A stretch of DNA of 48,555 bases from Parabacteroides merdae (GCA_963623245.1 CAVFKU010000002.1:1-48555), one strand, 5' to 3'; shown: positions 19,210 through 29,421, counted from the first letter of the stretch. Notes: a model not told the origin generated them from the letters alone. Program-made: numbers and translations.

Positions 19210-20211
19210 CTACGCGCGACGGTTGCTTGCCGCTTTGCGGCGAGCAACAGCTACGGCATACAGGCTGATGCCAGCGGCGACCGAAGCATTGAGCGATTCG
19301 ACCTGATTGGAAATCGGAATGCCCGCAATGGCGTCGCACGCTTCGCGCACCAAACGGCTCAACCCCTTGCCTTCCGAGCCGAGCACCACCACTAGCGGAT
19401 CGGTTTCAAACCCAGTTTCGCCCACGATTGCGTCGCCACCGCCGTCAAGACCCACGGTGTAATAGCCGCGCTCCTTAAGGCTTTCAATCGCCTTGGTGAG
19501 GTTCACGACGCGGCACACCGGCAAATGCGCCGCCGCACCAGCCGAGACCTTCCACGCCGCCGCCGTCACCGAAGCGGCACGCCGCTCGGGCAGAATCACG
19601 CCGTTCGCGCCGAAGGCCGCCGCCGAACGAATCACCGCGCCCAGATTCTGTGGATCCGTCACACCGTCCAGCGCAATGAACAGCGGACGCGCGGCGATGC
19701 GCGCGACTTCAGAATTGGCCGCCTCCATTGCACGCGCCTTCTTTTCGGCGCGATCAGCCAGCTCGGCCAGTGAGGAATACTGATAAGGTTGCACTTTCAG
19801 AATCACACCCTGATGGTTGCCGGATTTGGCGATGCGATCCATCTCCAGACGGTCGGCCTCCAGCATATGCAAGCCATTCATACCTGCGATTTTCACGATT
19901 TCGCGGGTGCGGTCGTCATGTTCGATACGCGAAAGAATATACAGTGCGGACGAAGGCACGCCCACACGCAACGCCTCAAGCACCGAATTGCGCCCGAACA
20001 CCAGGTCGGCGGTGTCGCCGGAAGCGAACTTGTCGGCGCGACGGCGAGCCGCAAGCCGTGGATCGGCCATCTTGCGCCGGTCGGCGGCCTTCTTGGCCGC
20101 ATACGCCTTGTGATACACGCGATCTTCGGCTTTTGGCGTCGGCCCCTTGCCTCGAAGCGCGTTGCGATGTTTGCCACCCGACCCCTTGGTCGGTCCTTTC
20201 TTCATTGCCAT
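19210..20211 (-). CDS. rlmB: 23S rRNA (guanosine-2'-O)-methyltransferase RlmB (TrmH/SpoU family)
   Basis: GRNSVLEALR, HQGV, DPQNLGAVIRSA, GSEGKGL, SLNASVA. Start placed at ATG 20211 (MAMKK). Confidence 0.93.
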   Translation of the reverse strand: MAMKKGPTKGSGGKHRNALRGKGPTPKAEDRVYHKAYAAKKAADRRKMADPRLAARRRADKFASGDTADLVFGRNSVLEALRVGVPSSALYILSRIEHDDRTREIVKIAGMNGLHMLEADRLEMDRIAKSGNHQGVILKVQPYQYSSLAELADRAEKKARAMEAANSEVARIAARPLFIALDGVTDPQNLGAVIRSAAAFGANGVILPERRAASVTAAAWKVSAGAAAHLPVCRVVNLTKAIESLKERGYYTVGLDGGGDAIVGETGFETDPLVVVLGSEGKGLSRLVREACDAIAGIPISNQVESLNASVAAGISLYAVAVARRKAASNRRA

Positions 20212-20338
20212 ACGCCTCATTGTCCCAGCACCCCGCGCCAAACGTCTGCGAAGACAGTTGCGACACGCTGCGCGAAATAACTACATATCATTGCGCGGCG
20301 CATCATTACAGGAAAGCAGTGTGTGGGATAATGGCAGA

Positions 20339-20457
20339 ACATGCGTCGAGGTATTCGCTTCGTCGTCCACAACCGCGCAGCCCTGTTGCAGACGTATAAG
20401 AAAAACGCAAAACGTAAGAAGGGTTGACTACTCCGCGGCGCTCTCAAGGAGATCACC
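20339..20457 (+). promoter_or_regulatory. Structured 5' leader of P-type ATPase (candidate metal-responsive element)
   Basis: TGgGATAAT -10-like element at 20324-20332. GCGTCG (20343) can pair with CGGCGC (20436). GTTGACTACTCC lies just before the SD. Confidence 0.4.
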
Positions 20458-23433
20458 ATGGTTGATCAACATAATGATCAATCCTCTCGCATCGCTTCGA
20501 TGCAATCCAACGAAGAACTGCAAGCCCCTTATGCGCTTGACACCGACCCCTCACTGACTGACGCACACGCCGTCGCCCAAGCGCTCGACGTCGACCCAAC
20601 CACGGGCTTAAGCGCCACCGAAGCGGCACGTCGGCTTGAACGCTTCGGACCCAATGAACTTACCAGTGCGCCGCCGGTGCCGAAATGGAAGAAGTTCCTC
20701 GCACAGTTCAAAGATCCGCTGGTATATTTACTGCTCGCCGCCACGGTGATTTCGGTGATTGCTTGGGTTGTCGAACGCATGAACGCCGAGCCCGGTGCAG
20801 CCAGCGGCGAAGCGCTGCCATTCGATGCCATCGTCATCGTGCTCATTCTTATCGTCAATGCTGTGCTTGGCTATATTCAGGAAGCCAAAGCCGAACAGGC
20901 CGTCGAGGCGCTCGCCCAAATGACCGCACCGCAGACCAATGTGCTGCGAGACGGCGCCATCAGCCCCATCAACACCACCGACGTGGTGCCGGGTGACGTG
21001 ATTGTGCTCGGCGAAGGCGATTCCGTGTCGGCCGATGCGCGCCTGTTCGCCGCCGCGTCCCTGCGCGTTGCCGAAGCGAGCCTGACCGGTGAAAGTGTCG
21101 CCGTGGGCAAAAAGCCGGACACGCTGAGCGAAGCCAAGGCGCTGGGCGACCGCGCCAATATGGTATTCAACGGTACCTCCATCACCCAAGGCACAGGACG
21201 CGCCATCGTCACCGGCACCGGCATGAACACCCAGGTCGGCAAAATCGCCGATCTGCTTTCCGCCGCGGAGGATGAGAAAACCCCGTTGCAAAAGGAGATG
21301 GATTACGTCTCCAAAGTGTTGGGGTTGGCCGTGTGCGCCATTGCCGTGGTGGTGCTGGCCGCGCTCGCCATTATGGAGGGCTTCGGCGATGTGCACGATG
21401 TCATCGAATCGCTGCTGTTGGCCGTGTCGTTGGCCGTCGCCGCGGTGCCGGAAGGACTGGCCGCGATTCTCACCGTGGTGCTCGCGCTCGGGGTGCAACG
21501 CATGGCCGCGCACCACGCCATTGTCAAGAAACTGCACTCGGTGGAGACGCTGGGTTCCGCTTCGGTGATTTGTTCGGACAAAACCGGCACGTTGACGCGC
21601 AACGAGATGACCGTCGAGCGCGTGGTCACCCCAAGCGGCGAAGTGCAGATCACCGGCACCGGCTATGCACCCGAGGGGCGCATGGTGATGATTGATGGGG
21701 ACGATAATTCCCCGGTCGCGCAAGACTTGAAAACGGAAGTACTGGCCACACTTGGCGCGGGTGTGCTGGCCAATGACGGCGAGCTGCGTGAAAGCGAAGG
21801 AACATGGCACGCCGTGGGCGATCCCACCGAAGTATCGCTTATCGTGGCCGCACGCAAGGTGAAAGCCGATCGCAGGATGGCGAACTTCCAGCGCGTGGCG
21901 GAGATTCCGTTCACTTCGGAACGTAAGCGCATGTCGGTGATCGCCAAAGACAACGCCGACGCCGGCAAGTTGACGGTGTTTGCCAAAGGCGCGCCCGACC
22001 TGCTGCTCGGCTACTGCACGCGCGTCGCCGTCGCCGGTGCGGTTCGCCCGTTGACTGAAGGTGACCGGCAGACGATTCTTGCGAATGTGGAGCGGCTTTC
22101 TGGCGAAGCCTACCGCACACTGGGCCAGGCATACCGTCCACTGGAAACGAACTCCCTAACCGAAGTGCCAGGCATCGCCAGCAATGCTGCAGGGCAGATT
22201 GCGGATATTGCTGAACAAAGCAACGCCATCGAAAACGACATGATCTGGGCTGGCATGGTCGGCATCATCGATCCGCCGCGTGTCGAAGTGCGTGATTCGG
22301 TGGCCGAGGCGCACCGCGCCGGCATTCGCACGGTGATGATTACCGGCGATCACCCGCTCACCGCCGCACGCATTGCAGGGGACTTGGGCATTATTGGCGA
22401 AGACGGCACGGCGCTCACCGGCGATCAGCTGGACCAACTCGCCGACGATCAAGCGGCCTTCGACCGTGCCACCGCCACGACATCCGTGTTCGCGCGTGTC
22501 GCCCCCGAGCACAAGCTCAACATCGTCGAATCCTTGCAACGCCAAGGCAACATCGTGGCCATGACCGGCGACGGCGTCAACGACGCCCCGGCCGTCAAAA
22601 CCGCGGACATCGGCGTGGCCATGGGCATCACCGGCACCGAAGTCACCAAGCAAAGCGCCACGATGATCCTCGCGGACGACAACTTCTCCACCATCGTCGC
22701 CGCCGTGCGCGAAGGCCGCGTGATCTTCGACAACATCCGCAAGTTCCTGCGCTATCTGCTCAGCTCCAATGTGGGCGAAGTGTTCACCGTGTTCTTCGGC
22801 GTGGTGCTGGCCGGCTGGCTCGGCATCACCCAACCGGGCGTCAGCGGCGTCACCGTGCCGTTGCTCGCCACCCAGTTGCTGTGGATCAACCTGCTCACCG
22901 ACGCGGCGCCCGCGCTCGCCATGGGCGTCGATCCACAGACCGAAGACGTGATGAACCGTTCCCCGCGCAAAACCAGCGAGCGTGTGATTGACGCCGACAT
23001 GTGGGGCGATATCATCTTCATCGGTATCGTCATGGCGGCCGTCACGCTCATCGGCATGGATATGCATTTAAGCGGCGGCCTGTTCACTGACCGTTCCGTC
23101 GACGCACTCGGCCACGAGGCGCAGATGGTCGAGGCTCGCACGATGGGCTTCACCATTCTCGTGTTTGCGCAGCTGTTCAACGCGATTGCCTCGCGCAGTC
23201 ACCTGCAGTCGGCGTTCGTCGGCCTGTTCTCAAACCGTTGGCTGTGGGGTGCGATTGTGCTGTCCGCGGTGTTGCAACTGGTGGTGATTTACGTGCCGTT
23301 CCTCAACACGGCGTTCGGCACCACACCGCTGTCGGCCATGGCTTGGCTGGAGTGCATCGGCTTGGCCGCCTTCGTGCTCGTCGCCTCCGAACTGCGCAAA
23401 TGCGTCCTACGGGCGATGGCCGCACGCCGCTAG
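20458..23433 (+). CDS. Cation-transporting P-type ATPase (type IIA, Ca2+/Mn2+-like)
   Basis: LTGES, AVPEGL, DKTGTLT phosphorylation site, KGAP, DPPR, MITGDH, TGDGVNDAPA, QLLWINLLTD. Confidence 0.96.
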   Translation: MVDQHNDQSSRIASMQSNEELQAPYALDTDPSLTDAHAVAQALDVDPTTGLSATEAARRLERFGPNELTSAPPVPKWKKFLAQFKDPLVYLLLAATVISVIAWVVERMNAEPGAASGEALPFDAIVIVLILIVNAVLGYIQEAKAEQAVEALAQMTAPQTNVLRDGAISPINTTDVVPGDVIVLGEGDSVSADARLFAAASLRVAEASLTGESVAVGKKPDTLSEAKALGDRANMVFNGTSITQGTGRAIVTGTGMNTQVGKIADLLSAAEDEKTPLQKEMDYVSKVLGLAVCAIAVVVLAALAIMEGFGDVHDVIESLLLAVSLAVAAVPEGLAAILTVVLALGVQRMAAHHAIVKKLHSVETLGSASVICSDKTGTLTRNEMTVERVVTPSGEVQITGTGYAPEGRMVMIDGDDNSPVAQDLKTEVLATLGAGVLANDGELRESEGTWHAVGDPTEVSLIVAARKVKADRRMANFQRVAEIPFTSERKRMSVIAKDNADAGKLTVFAKGAPDLLLGYCTRVAVAGAVRPLTEGDRQTILANVERLSGEAYRTLGQAYRPLETNSLTEVPGIASNAAGQIADIAEQSNAIENDMIWAGMVGIIDPPRVEVRDSVAEAHRAGIRTVMITGDHPLTAARIAGDLGIIGEDGTALTGDQLDQLADDQAAFDRATATTSVFARVAPEHKLNIVESLQRQGNIVAMTGDGVNDAPAVKTADIGVAMGITGTEVTKQSATMILADDNFSTIVAAVREGRVIFDNIRKFLRYLLSSNVGEVFTVFFGVVLAGWLGITQPGVSGVTVPLLATQLLWINLLTDAAPALAMGVDPQTEDVMNRSPRKTSERVIDADMWGDIIFIGIVMAAVTLIGMDMHLSGGLFTDRSVDALGHEAQMVEARTMGFTILVFAQLFNAIASRSHLQSAFVGLFSNRWLWGAIVLSAVLQLVVIYVPFLNTAFGTTPLSAMAWLECIGLAAFVLVASELRKCVLRAMAARR

Positions 23434-23556
23434 GCGATTGTGGCGGATCTCCTAGATTGCTAAGTTCTGATAGTCCTGTTACATGATGGGACTATTTGAT
23501 GATAGGCCAGTTGAGTGGAGTAACGGGCTTATTGCGTCAGCTGTTAGTTGAATCAA

Positions 23557-24138
23557 TCAGTCGGTGATCTGCGCGCGATAAAAATGCTCATAGGAACGGC
23601 TTGGTGTCGGCCCGCGCTGACCTTGATAGTGCGAGCCGGTGCCCGCCGAACCATAAGGATGCTCGGCCGGCGAACTTAGCTGGAAGAAGCACATTTGGCC
23701 GATTTTCATGCCCGGCCACAACTTCACCGGCAACGTCGATACGTTGGAAAGCTCCAGCGTGATGTGCCCTTCAAAGCCCGGGTCGATGAAGCCGGCCGTG
23801 GAATGGGTGAGAATGCCCAAGCGCCCCAACGAGCTCTTGCCTTCCAAGCGCGCGGCCACGCTCGCGTCGAGCTTGACATATTCCCAAGTGGAGCCGAGCG
23901 CAAACTCGCCCGGATGCAGAATCCACGGTTCGTCAGCGTTCACCTCGAACTGCTCGGTGAGCGCGCCTTGGTTCTCCGCGGGATCCACATAGGTGTAGGC
24001 GTGGTTGTTGAACAGACGGAAGAACCGATCGAGCCGCACGTCGATTGAAGCGGGCTGAACCATTTCCGGCGTCCACGGGTCAAGCGAAATATGCCCTTCG
24101 GCCTGTGCGGCCAGAATGTCATGATCGGATAGCAGCAT
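23557..24138 (-). CDS. dcd: dCTP deaminase
   Basis: [52 protein letters not shown]. Confidence 0.96.
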   Translation of the reverse strand: MLLSDHDILAAQAEGHISLDPWTPEMVQPASIDVRLDRFFRLFNNHAYTYVDPAENQGALTEQFEVNADEPWILHPGEFALGSTWEYVKLDASVAARLEGKSSLGRLGILTHSTAGFIDPGFEGHITLELSNVSTLPVKLWPGMKIGQMCFFQLSSPAEHPYGSAGTGSHYQGQRGPTPSRSYEHFYRAQITD

Positions 24139-24267
24139 ACGAGCTCCTCACACGCGCAAATGATATTGTGGTCAATGTACTTGTGCCAAGTTTAATGCCC
24201 ACACCCAACGAACAGAATTTTCAGGAACTTACCAGATAAACCCAGCGATAAATACAGAATCGTGTGG

Positions 24268-24324
24268 TTATCTAGTATTGTCAGCAATGGCCGACAGGAG
24301 CGCAAGTTCCGATAATTGAACCAT
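24268..24324 (-). CDS. Possible 18-aa micro-peptide MVQLSELALLSAIADNTR
   Basis: ATG at 24324 is preceded by AGAAAGGAG with a 9-nt spacer; TAA at 24270-24268. Confidence 0.25.
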   Translation of the reverse strand: MVQLSELALLSAIADNTR

Positions 24325-24376
24325 TCTTCTTCTCTCCTTTCTCTGGCCCCGGTGGTTCGCCACCGGGGTTTTCTTT
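24278..24376 (+). ncRNA. Candidate small RNA with anti-SD pyrimidine tract and own terminator
   Basis: TGTCAGC/GCCGACA hairpin, GGAGC-GCAA-GTTCC hairpin, TTCTTCTTCTCTCCTTTCTCT tract, then GGCCCCGGTGG-TTCG-CCACCGGGGTT-TTCTTT. Both flanking genes are on the minus strand. Confidence 0.6.
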
Positions 24377-24547
24377 ATGCAAGTCGCTCGCACGGCCGTT
24401 GACGCTTCTCGCACTTACAAAAAATGTCGATGTCAACGCTTTCTGCAAAGGTGGGGTTCGAAAGATTGTTCACATATGACAGTAGAGAATATTGCTTCGC
24501 TTTTTGCGAGAGCTTTTTCTGATCGAGGTGCTTAAGGAACTAACTGA

Positions 24548-26620
24548 CTAGATGCCGGAGTCGGCGTCGACTTGCATCACGTAAATGTTGCGGCGCAGGG
24601 CCTTGGCTTGGGCGCGGGTGATGTCGCCGGCCTGAAGCATGTCCTGAACCACACTCAGTTCGATGCCGTAACTTTCCTTCTTGATCTCCATTGCCTGATC
24701 GGCCGCCTCCGAGCTGCGTTCCACATCCGGCCGCGCCCTCAGGGACGCTTCCGCGCGACGGTAGTCGAGAATCAGCGCCGAACAGAATTCCGTATCGTAG
24801 GTGCTACGGCTCATCTCCTCGCTCAAGCGCTGGATAACGTATTCGATGGCCTGTGCTTGCAGTGCGAGCGTGCGGGCCATGATTTCGCTTTCGCTCACCA
24901 GTGGCGTGGTGCGGCGGATGCGATTGACGGCACGTTTGGCGAGGTTCATACCACGGTGGCGCAAGCCACGCAAACGCCCGCGAACCTGCGAAACAGCATG
25001 CCCTGATTCGGGGTTTGCTTCGACGTGACGCAATGAGTTCATCACCTGATCGAGAATGCGCTCGCACGCCTCCACGTTCAACTCTTGTTCTGCTTTGACG
25101 GGATTTGGATTAGTTCTGATTTCAGCCAGCTTGTCGCGCACGAACTCTTTTTCCCAGTGCAAGGCCTGTATTTGCAATTGCGTATAACCAGCGGAATCAA
25201 CCATGCCAGCATGCGTTTTCAATCGGCCGATGCGCTTGGTGTAGGAATCGATGACCATCAGCACAGCACGTCGGTTCTGCGGTGTGATGCGTTCGGTGAG
25301 CTCTTCCACTGTGCGGCGCAGCACTTCGATGGTGATGGGGCTAAGTTCAGTTGCATTACCTTTTTCTTTACTGGGGGCAAGCAATGGCAGCCCGAAGTTG
25401 GTGAGCAGTAATGTCAGGATAATAACGCCTGAGGCGATGAAAATCATTTCGTCGCGCATGGGGAAGGCTTCACCTGAAGAGAGCACGTATGGGATGGTGA
25501 GCATAAGTGACAAAGTGATGGTGCCTTTTGGCCCGCCGAATGTCATCACCGTAGCTGAGCGCCACCGCTGGGGCGTCATTTTACGGCGTTTGCCGGTAGC
25601 TTCGTCAGGTGCTATACGCAGCATCAGTGCCACCCACACAAAACGCAGCACAGTAGCCACAACAGTAATCAACACAATAATGCCCAGCAGCAGCCCATTG
25701 CTTACGTCTGGATCAGACCAACTGGCAGTCATTGCTCCCGGTAACAGCATGCCCAACAAAATGAACACCGCGCCATTTAATGTAAACGAGAGCACACCCC
25801 ACACGCTAGATGACACGATATTAGTGCGTGCCACATTTGGCCCTACGCCCGTATGATCGAAACGCACTAGCAGACCGGCGGTGACGACAGCCATAATGCC
25901 GGAAACCTGCAATTGTGTTGCGCCAACATACAGTAGGAATGGCAGGAATAATTCCATCAGAATGCGCGTGGTGGTGGTCTCCCAACCGAGTGAGCGCACA
26001 GCTTCAAAAACCCAGTTAATAACCAATCCCACAACTATGCCAAATAATGCGCCGCCGAAGAATGAGATGACAAACATGCCCGTGGCTGTGCCTACAGCAA
26101 AAGTGCCGGTTATGGCTGCTGCAATAGCGCACTGGAAACCGACGACGCCAGAAGCGTCATTGAACAGTGATTCACCTTCGAGAACGCTGCGTTGCCGCGG
26201 TGAAAGCGAGGCCTCTTTGCCTAAAGAACTGACAGCCACCGCATCGGTGGGGGCAAGTGCAGCACCTAATGCCAGCGCGGCTGCCAGTGGCACTGCCGGC
26301 CAGATGGCATTCAAAGTAAGCCCTACGACAACCATGGTGACAATGGCCAGCCCGATAGCCAATGAAAGGCTGAGTTTCAATGTTCGAAGCAGCTCAGTTT
26401 TATTGATATTATGCGCTTCGATATATAGCAGTGGTGCAATGAATAGCACCATAAACACATTAGGATTGAGCTCAAGTTCAGGGAAGAAAGGTAGCCATGC
26501 GGCCGCCGCGCCTAACACAATTTGCACTAGTGGCGTTGATACTTTGGGAATAAAACGGCTGAGGAACGAGGAGAGCACCACGACGGCAATGATGCATAGG
26601 GTCAGTTCGACAACGGCCAC
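24548..26620 (-). CDS. Na+/H+ antiporter (CPA1/NhaP family) with long cytoplasmic tail
   Basis: About 12 TM helices, LAPTDAVAV and EGESLFNDASG motifs; SD AAGGAG before GTG. Confidence 0.93.
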   Translation of the reverse strand: MAVVELTLCIIAVVVLSSFLSRFIPKVSTPLVQIVLGAAAAWLPFFPELELNPNVFMVLFIAPLLYIEAHNINKTELLRTLKLSLSLAIGLAIVTMVVVGLTLNAIWPAVPLAAALALGAALAPTDAVAVSSLGKEASLSPRQRSVLEGESLFNDASGVVGFQCAIAAAITGTFAVGTATGMFVISFFGGALFGIVVGLVINWVFEAVRSLGWETTTTRILMELFLPFLLYVGATQLQVSGIMAVVTAGLLVRFDHTGVGPNVARTNIVSSSVWGVLSFTLNGAVFILLGMLLPGAMTASWSDPDVSNGLLLGIIVLITVVATVLRFVWVALMLRIAPDEATGKRRKMTPQRWRSATVMTFGGPKGTITLSLMLTIPYVLSSGEAFPMRDEMIFIASGVIILTLLLTNFGLPLLAPSKEKGNATELSPITIEVLRRTVEELTERITPQNRRAVLMVIDSYTKRIGRLKTHAGMVDSAGYTQLQIQALHWEKEFVRDKLAEIRTNPNPVKAEQELNVEACERILDQVMNSLRHVEANPESGHAVSQVRGRLRGLRHRGMNLAKRAVNRIRRTTPLVSESEIMARTLALQAQAIEYVIQRLSEEMSRSTYDTEFCSALILDYRRAEASLRARPDVERSSEAADQAMEIKKESYGIELSVVQDMLQAGDITRAQAKALRRNIYVMQVDADSGI

Positions 26621-26884
26621 AATTCTCCTTACATAGATGACTTACCTAAATGAGCTACCTAGGTGACAAAGGGGATACTTTCACAATATATGAAGGTTGG
26701 TTAGCGCAACGTTACGTTTCCAACATGATGACCAATTAGACACAAACTTGTCCGATTTGTTGTTTGCGAGCAGAGTATTGGTTCCGATTTGAAGGTGATT
26801 CGGGGCTGAGTGGAAGTGTTATTCGGGGGAGCTGGGAAGAGAGCTGGGAAGGGTGATTGGAGGGTTTGCCTAGACTGAATAATC

Positions 26885-27454
26885 ATGAGTGTTGATGAAG
26901 CAATGAAACAAGCCCTTCAGTTGGCGGCTAAGGCTGCGGCTGCTGGTGACGTGCCGGTGGGCGCGGTGGTGCTTGATGCACAAGGCCAGCTGATTGGCGA
27001 AGGGTATAACACTCGTGAAGCTGAGGGTGACCCTCTTGCGCACGCTGAAATTATTGCTATGCGTCAAGCGGCGGCTAATATAGCTAACACAGCTAGAACT
27101 GCCGCAACTGCAACTGTTGCATCAGCTGAATCAACTGCAACTAGCGCCGCTGCCCAATCAGGCAAACATGGTTGGAACCTGGCCGACTGCACTCTGGTCG
27201 TCACACTGGAACCGTGCCCGATGTGTGCAGGCGCGTGTGTTGCTACCCACATCGGCCGCATCGTCTTTGGTGCGTGGGATTCCAAGCTCGGTGCATGCGG
27301 TTCCGTGTGGGATATTCCGCGCGACCCGCACATCGGCCACAGCCCTGAAGTGTTCGGCGGCATCATGCAAGCTGAATGCGGCGCAGCACTCGCTGACTTT
27401 TTTGCGGTTCGCCGCTCGGTTGCAGCACGTGCAGCATCTAATACCGTGGATTAA
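26885..27454 (+). CDS. tadA: tRNA adenosine(34) deaminase TadA / nucleoside deaminase
   Basis: DVPVGAVV, AHAEI, TLEPCPMCAGA zinc motifs; Ala/Thr-rich insertion. Confidence 0.9.
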   Translation: MSVDEAMKQALQLAAKAAAAGDVPVGAVVLDAQGQLIGEGYNTREAEGDPLAHAEIIAMRQAAANIANTARTAATATVASAESTATSAAAQSGKHGWNLADCTLVVTLEPCPMCAGACVATHIGRIVFGAWDSKLGACGSVWDIPRDPHIGHSPEVFGGIMQAECGAALADFFAVRRSVAARAASNTVD

Positions 27455-27506
27455 ATATTGTGGATCGAATACGGTGGTGTATTCAAGCAGAAAGGAAAGG
27501 TACGTC

Positions 27507-29360
27507 ATGACCGCCGCGCAACGCACTGTACTTGACAATTCCATCCGCACCAACGGCGCCACCCCGAATCCGTGGTGGGCGAACGCGGTGGTATATCAGA
27601 TTTACCCGCGCTCATTCCAAGACAGCAACGGTGACGGCATTGGTGATCTCAAAGGCATCACCAGCCGCCTGGACTATCTGGTCGGCCTCGGTGTGGATGT
27701 GCTGTGGCTCTCCCCCGTTTACAAGTCACCTCAGGACGACAACGGCTACGATATTGCCGATTATCAGGATATTGACCCGCTTTTCGGCACGATGGAAGAC
27801 ATGGACGAGCTGCTTGCCGAAGCGCACAAGCGTGGTTTGAAGATTGTGATGGATTTGGTGGTCAACCACACTTCCGACGAGCACGCTTGGTTCGAGGCGT
27901 CGAAAGACAAGAACGACCCGCATGCCGACTGGTATTGGTGGAGGCCAGCCCGCGAAGGTCATGAGCCGGGCGCGCCAGGCGCCGAACCGAACCAGTGGGG
28001 TTCCTATTTCGGCGGCTCCGCGTGGGAATACTGCCCTGAGCGCGGCGAATACTTCCTGCATCAATACTCCAAAAAGCAGCCGGATCTCAACTGGGAGAAC
28101 CCCGAGGTGCGCAAGGCTGTTTACAAGATGATGAACTGGTGGATGGATCGCGGCATTGACGGCTTCCGTATGGACGTGATCACCCAGATTTCCAAAGTGG
28201 TTGACGCAGACGGCAGACTTCCGGGCGAACTCGGCTCCACCATTGCTGACGACCCGGTTGGCCCCGAGGGCTATTCCAGCCCGTTCCCCTTCTGCTCCGA
28301 CGGCCCGCGTGTGGATGAGTTCTTGGCAGAAATGCGCCGCGAAGTGTTCGAGGGACGCGAGGGGTATATGAACGTGGGCGAAGCGCCTGGCGTCACGCCA
28401 CCGCGCAACGAGCACATCACCGACCCGGCCAACGGCGAGCTGGACATGCTTTTCCAGTTCAACCATGTGGGCGTTGATCAGGGGCCGGCTTCCAAATGGG
28501 ACGTGGTGCCGTTCAAGGTGGCCAACCTGCGCCGCGAAATGGCTGAACAGCAGCAAGCCGTGGCGAAGGCCGGCTGGGCCAGCCTGTTTTTCTGCAACCA
28601 TGACCAGCCGCGCGTGGTCTCGCGTTGGGGTGACGATTCGAGCGAGCAGGCGCGCGTCGCCTCCGCCAAGGCGTTCGCCCTGCTATTGCACCTGCATCGC
28701 GGCACGCCCTACATCTACCAGGGTGAGGAACTGGGCATGACCAACGCCCATTTCACCTCGCTGGGCCAATACCGCGACTTGGAGGCACTCAATGCGTATC
28801 GTCAGCGTGTCGAAGAGGCGAAGATCCAATCCGGCGAATCGATGATGGCGGCTCTCGCTCTGATAGGCCGCGATAATTCGCGCACCCCAATGCAGTGGGA
28901 CGCTTCCGCTCGTACGGGCTTCATGCCCGCCGATGCGCCGGGTGAGCCGTGGATTGATGTGAACCCGAACCATGTCGAAATCAATGCCGCGGCGGCGGTC
29001 GGCGACCCCGATTCCGTCTATGCCTTCTATAAGCGGTTGATTGCGTTGCGGCATGACAATCCCATTGTCGCCGCCGGTGACTGGCGTTTGGTGGACGCCC
29101 GCGACGAACACGTATACGCCTTCACCCGCACGCTCGAAGGCGTCACGTTGCTGGTGATGGTCAACGTGTCCGGCGGTTGCGCGCGCATTCCCGCCGAATC
29201 CGCCGCCCTGCTCGAAGCGGCTGGGGTGGTCGGTGCGGCTGGGTCGGCCGAGGTGTCTGAATCGCACATCGTCATTGCCACCCAGGGTGCGTTACAGGCC
29301 GCCGCCTCGCTGTCCAAGGGTGAGCTCGAAGCTTGGGAGGGCGTTGTCATTCGGCTATAA
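27507..29360 (+). CDS. GH13 alpha-glucosidase / oligo-1,6-glucosidase
   Basis: YQIYPRSF, DNGYD, DLVVNHTS, QPDLNW, DGFRMDV, NHDQPR, YQGEELGM, RDNSRTPMQW. Start at ATG 27507 behind AGAAAGGAAAGG. Confidence 0.95.
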   Translation: MTAAQRTVLDNSIRTNGATPNPWWANAVVYQIYPRSFQDSNGDGIGDLKGITSRLDYLVGLGVDVLWLSPVYKSPQDDNGYDIADYQDIDPLFGTMEDMDELLAEAHKRGLKIVMDLVVNHTSDEHAWFEASKDKNDPHADWYWWRPAREGHEPGAPGAEPNQWGSYFGGSAWEYCPERGEYFLHQYSKKQPDLNWENPEVRKAVYKMMNWWMDRGIDGFRMDVITQISKVVDADGRLPGELGSTIADDPVGPEGYSSPFPFCSDGPRVDEFLAEMRREVFEGREGYMNVGEAPGVTPPRNEHITDPANGELDMLFQFNHVGVDQGPASKWDVVPFKVANLRREMAEQQQAVAKAGWASLFFCNHDQPRVVSRWGDDSSEQARVASAKAFALLLHLHRGTPYIYQGEELGMTNAHFTSLGQYRDLEALNAYRQRVEEAKIQSGESMMAALALIGRDNSRTPMQWDASARTGFMPADAPGEPWIDVNPNHVEINAAAAVGDPDSVYAFYKRLIALRHDNPIVAAGDWRLVDARDEHVYAFTRTLEGVTLLVMVNVSGGCARIPAESAALLEAAGVVGAAGSAEVSESHIVIATQGALQAAASLSKGELEAWEGVVIRL

Positions 29361-29380
29361 CCGACCCCTGCCCGTGCGAC
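29331..29380 (+). repeat. Left copy of imperfect direct repeat (3' end of GH13 gene)
   Basis: 39/50 identities (one 2-nt gap) with 32472-32523. Confidence 0.8.
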
Positions 29381-29421
29381 AGGGAATGGGGTCACCTCCG
29401 ACGCTTTCGCAGTTCTGAAAC

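Noticed and set aside
26826..26853. GAGCTGGGAAG x2 G-rich repeat upstream of the deaminase gene
   Set aside because: Two short copies only, with no supporting structure.
27117..27506. 130-aa N-terminal extension of the GH13 enzyme overlapping the deaminase gene
   Set aside because: Strong SD before ATG 27507; the extension overlaps another gene and looks non-coding.
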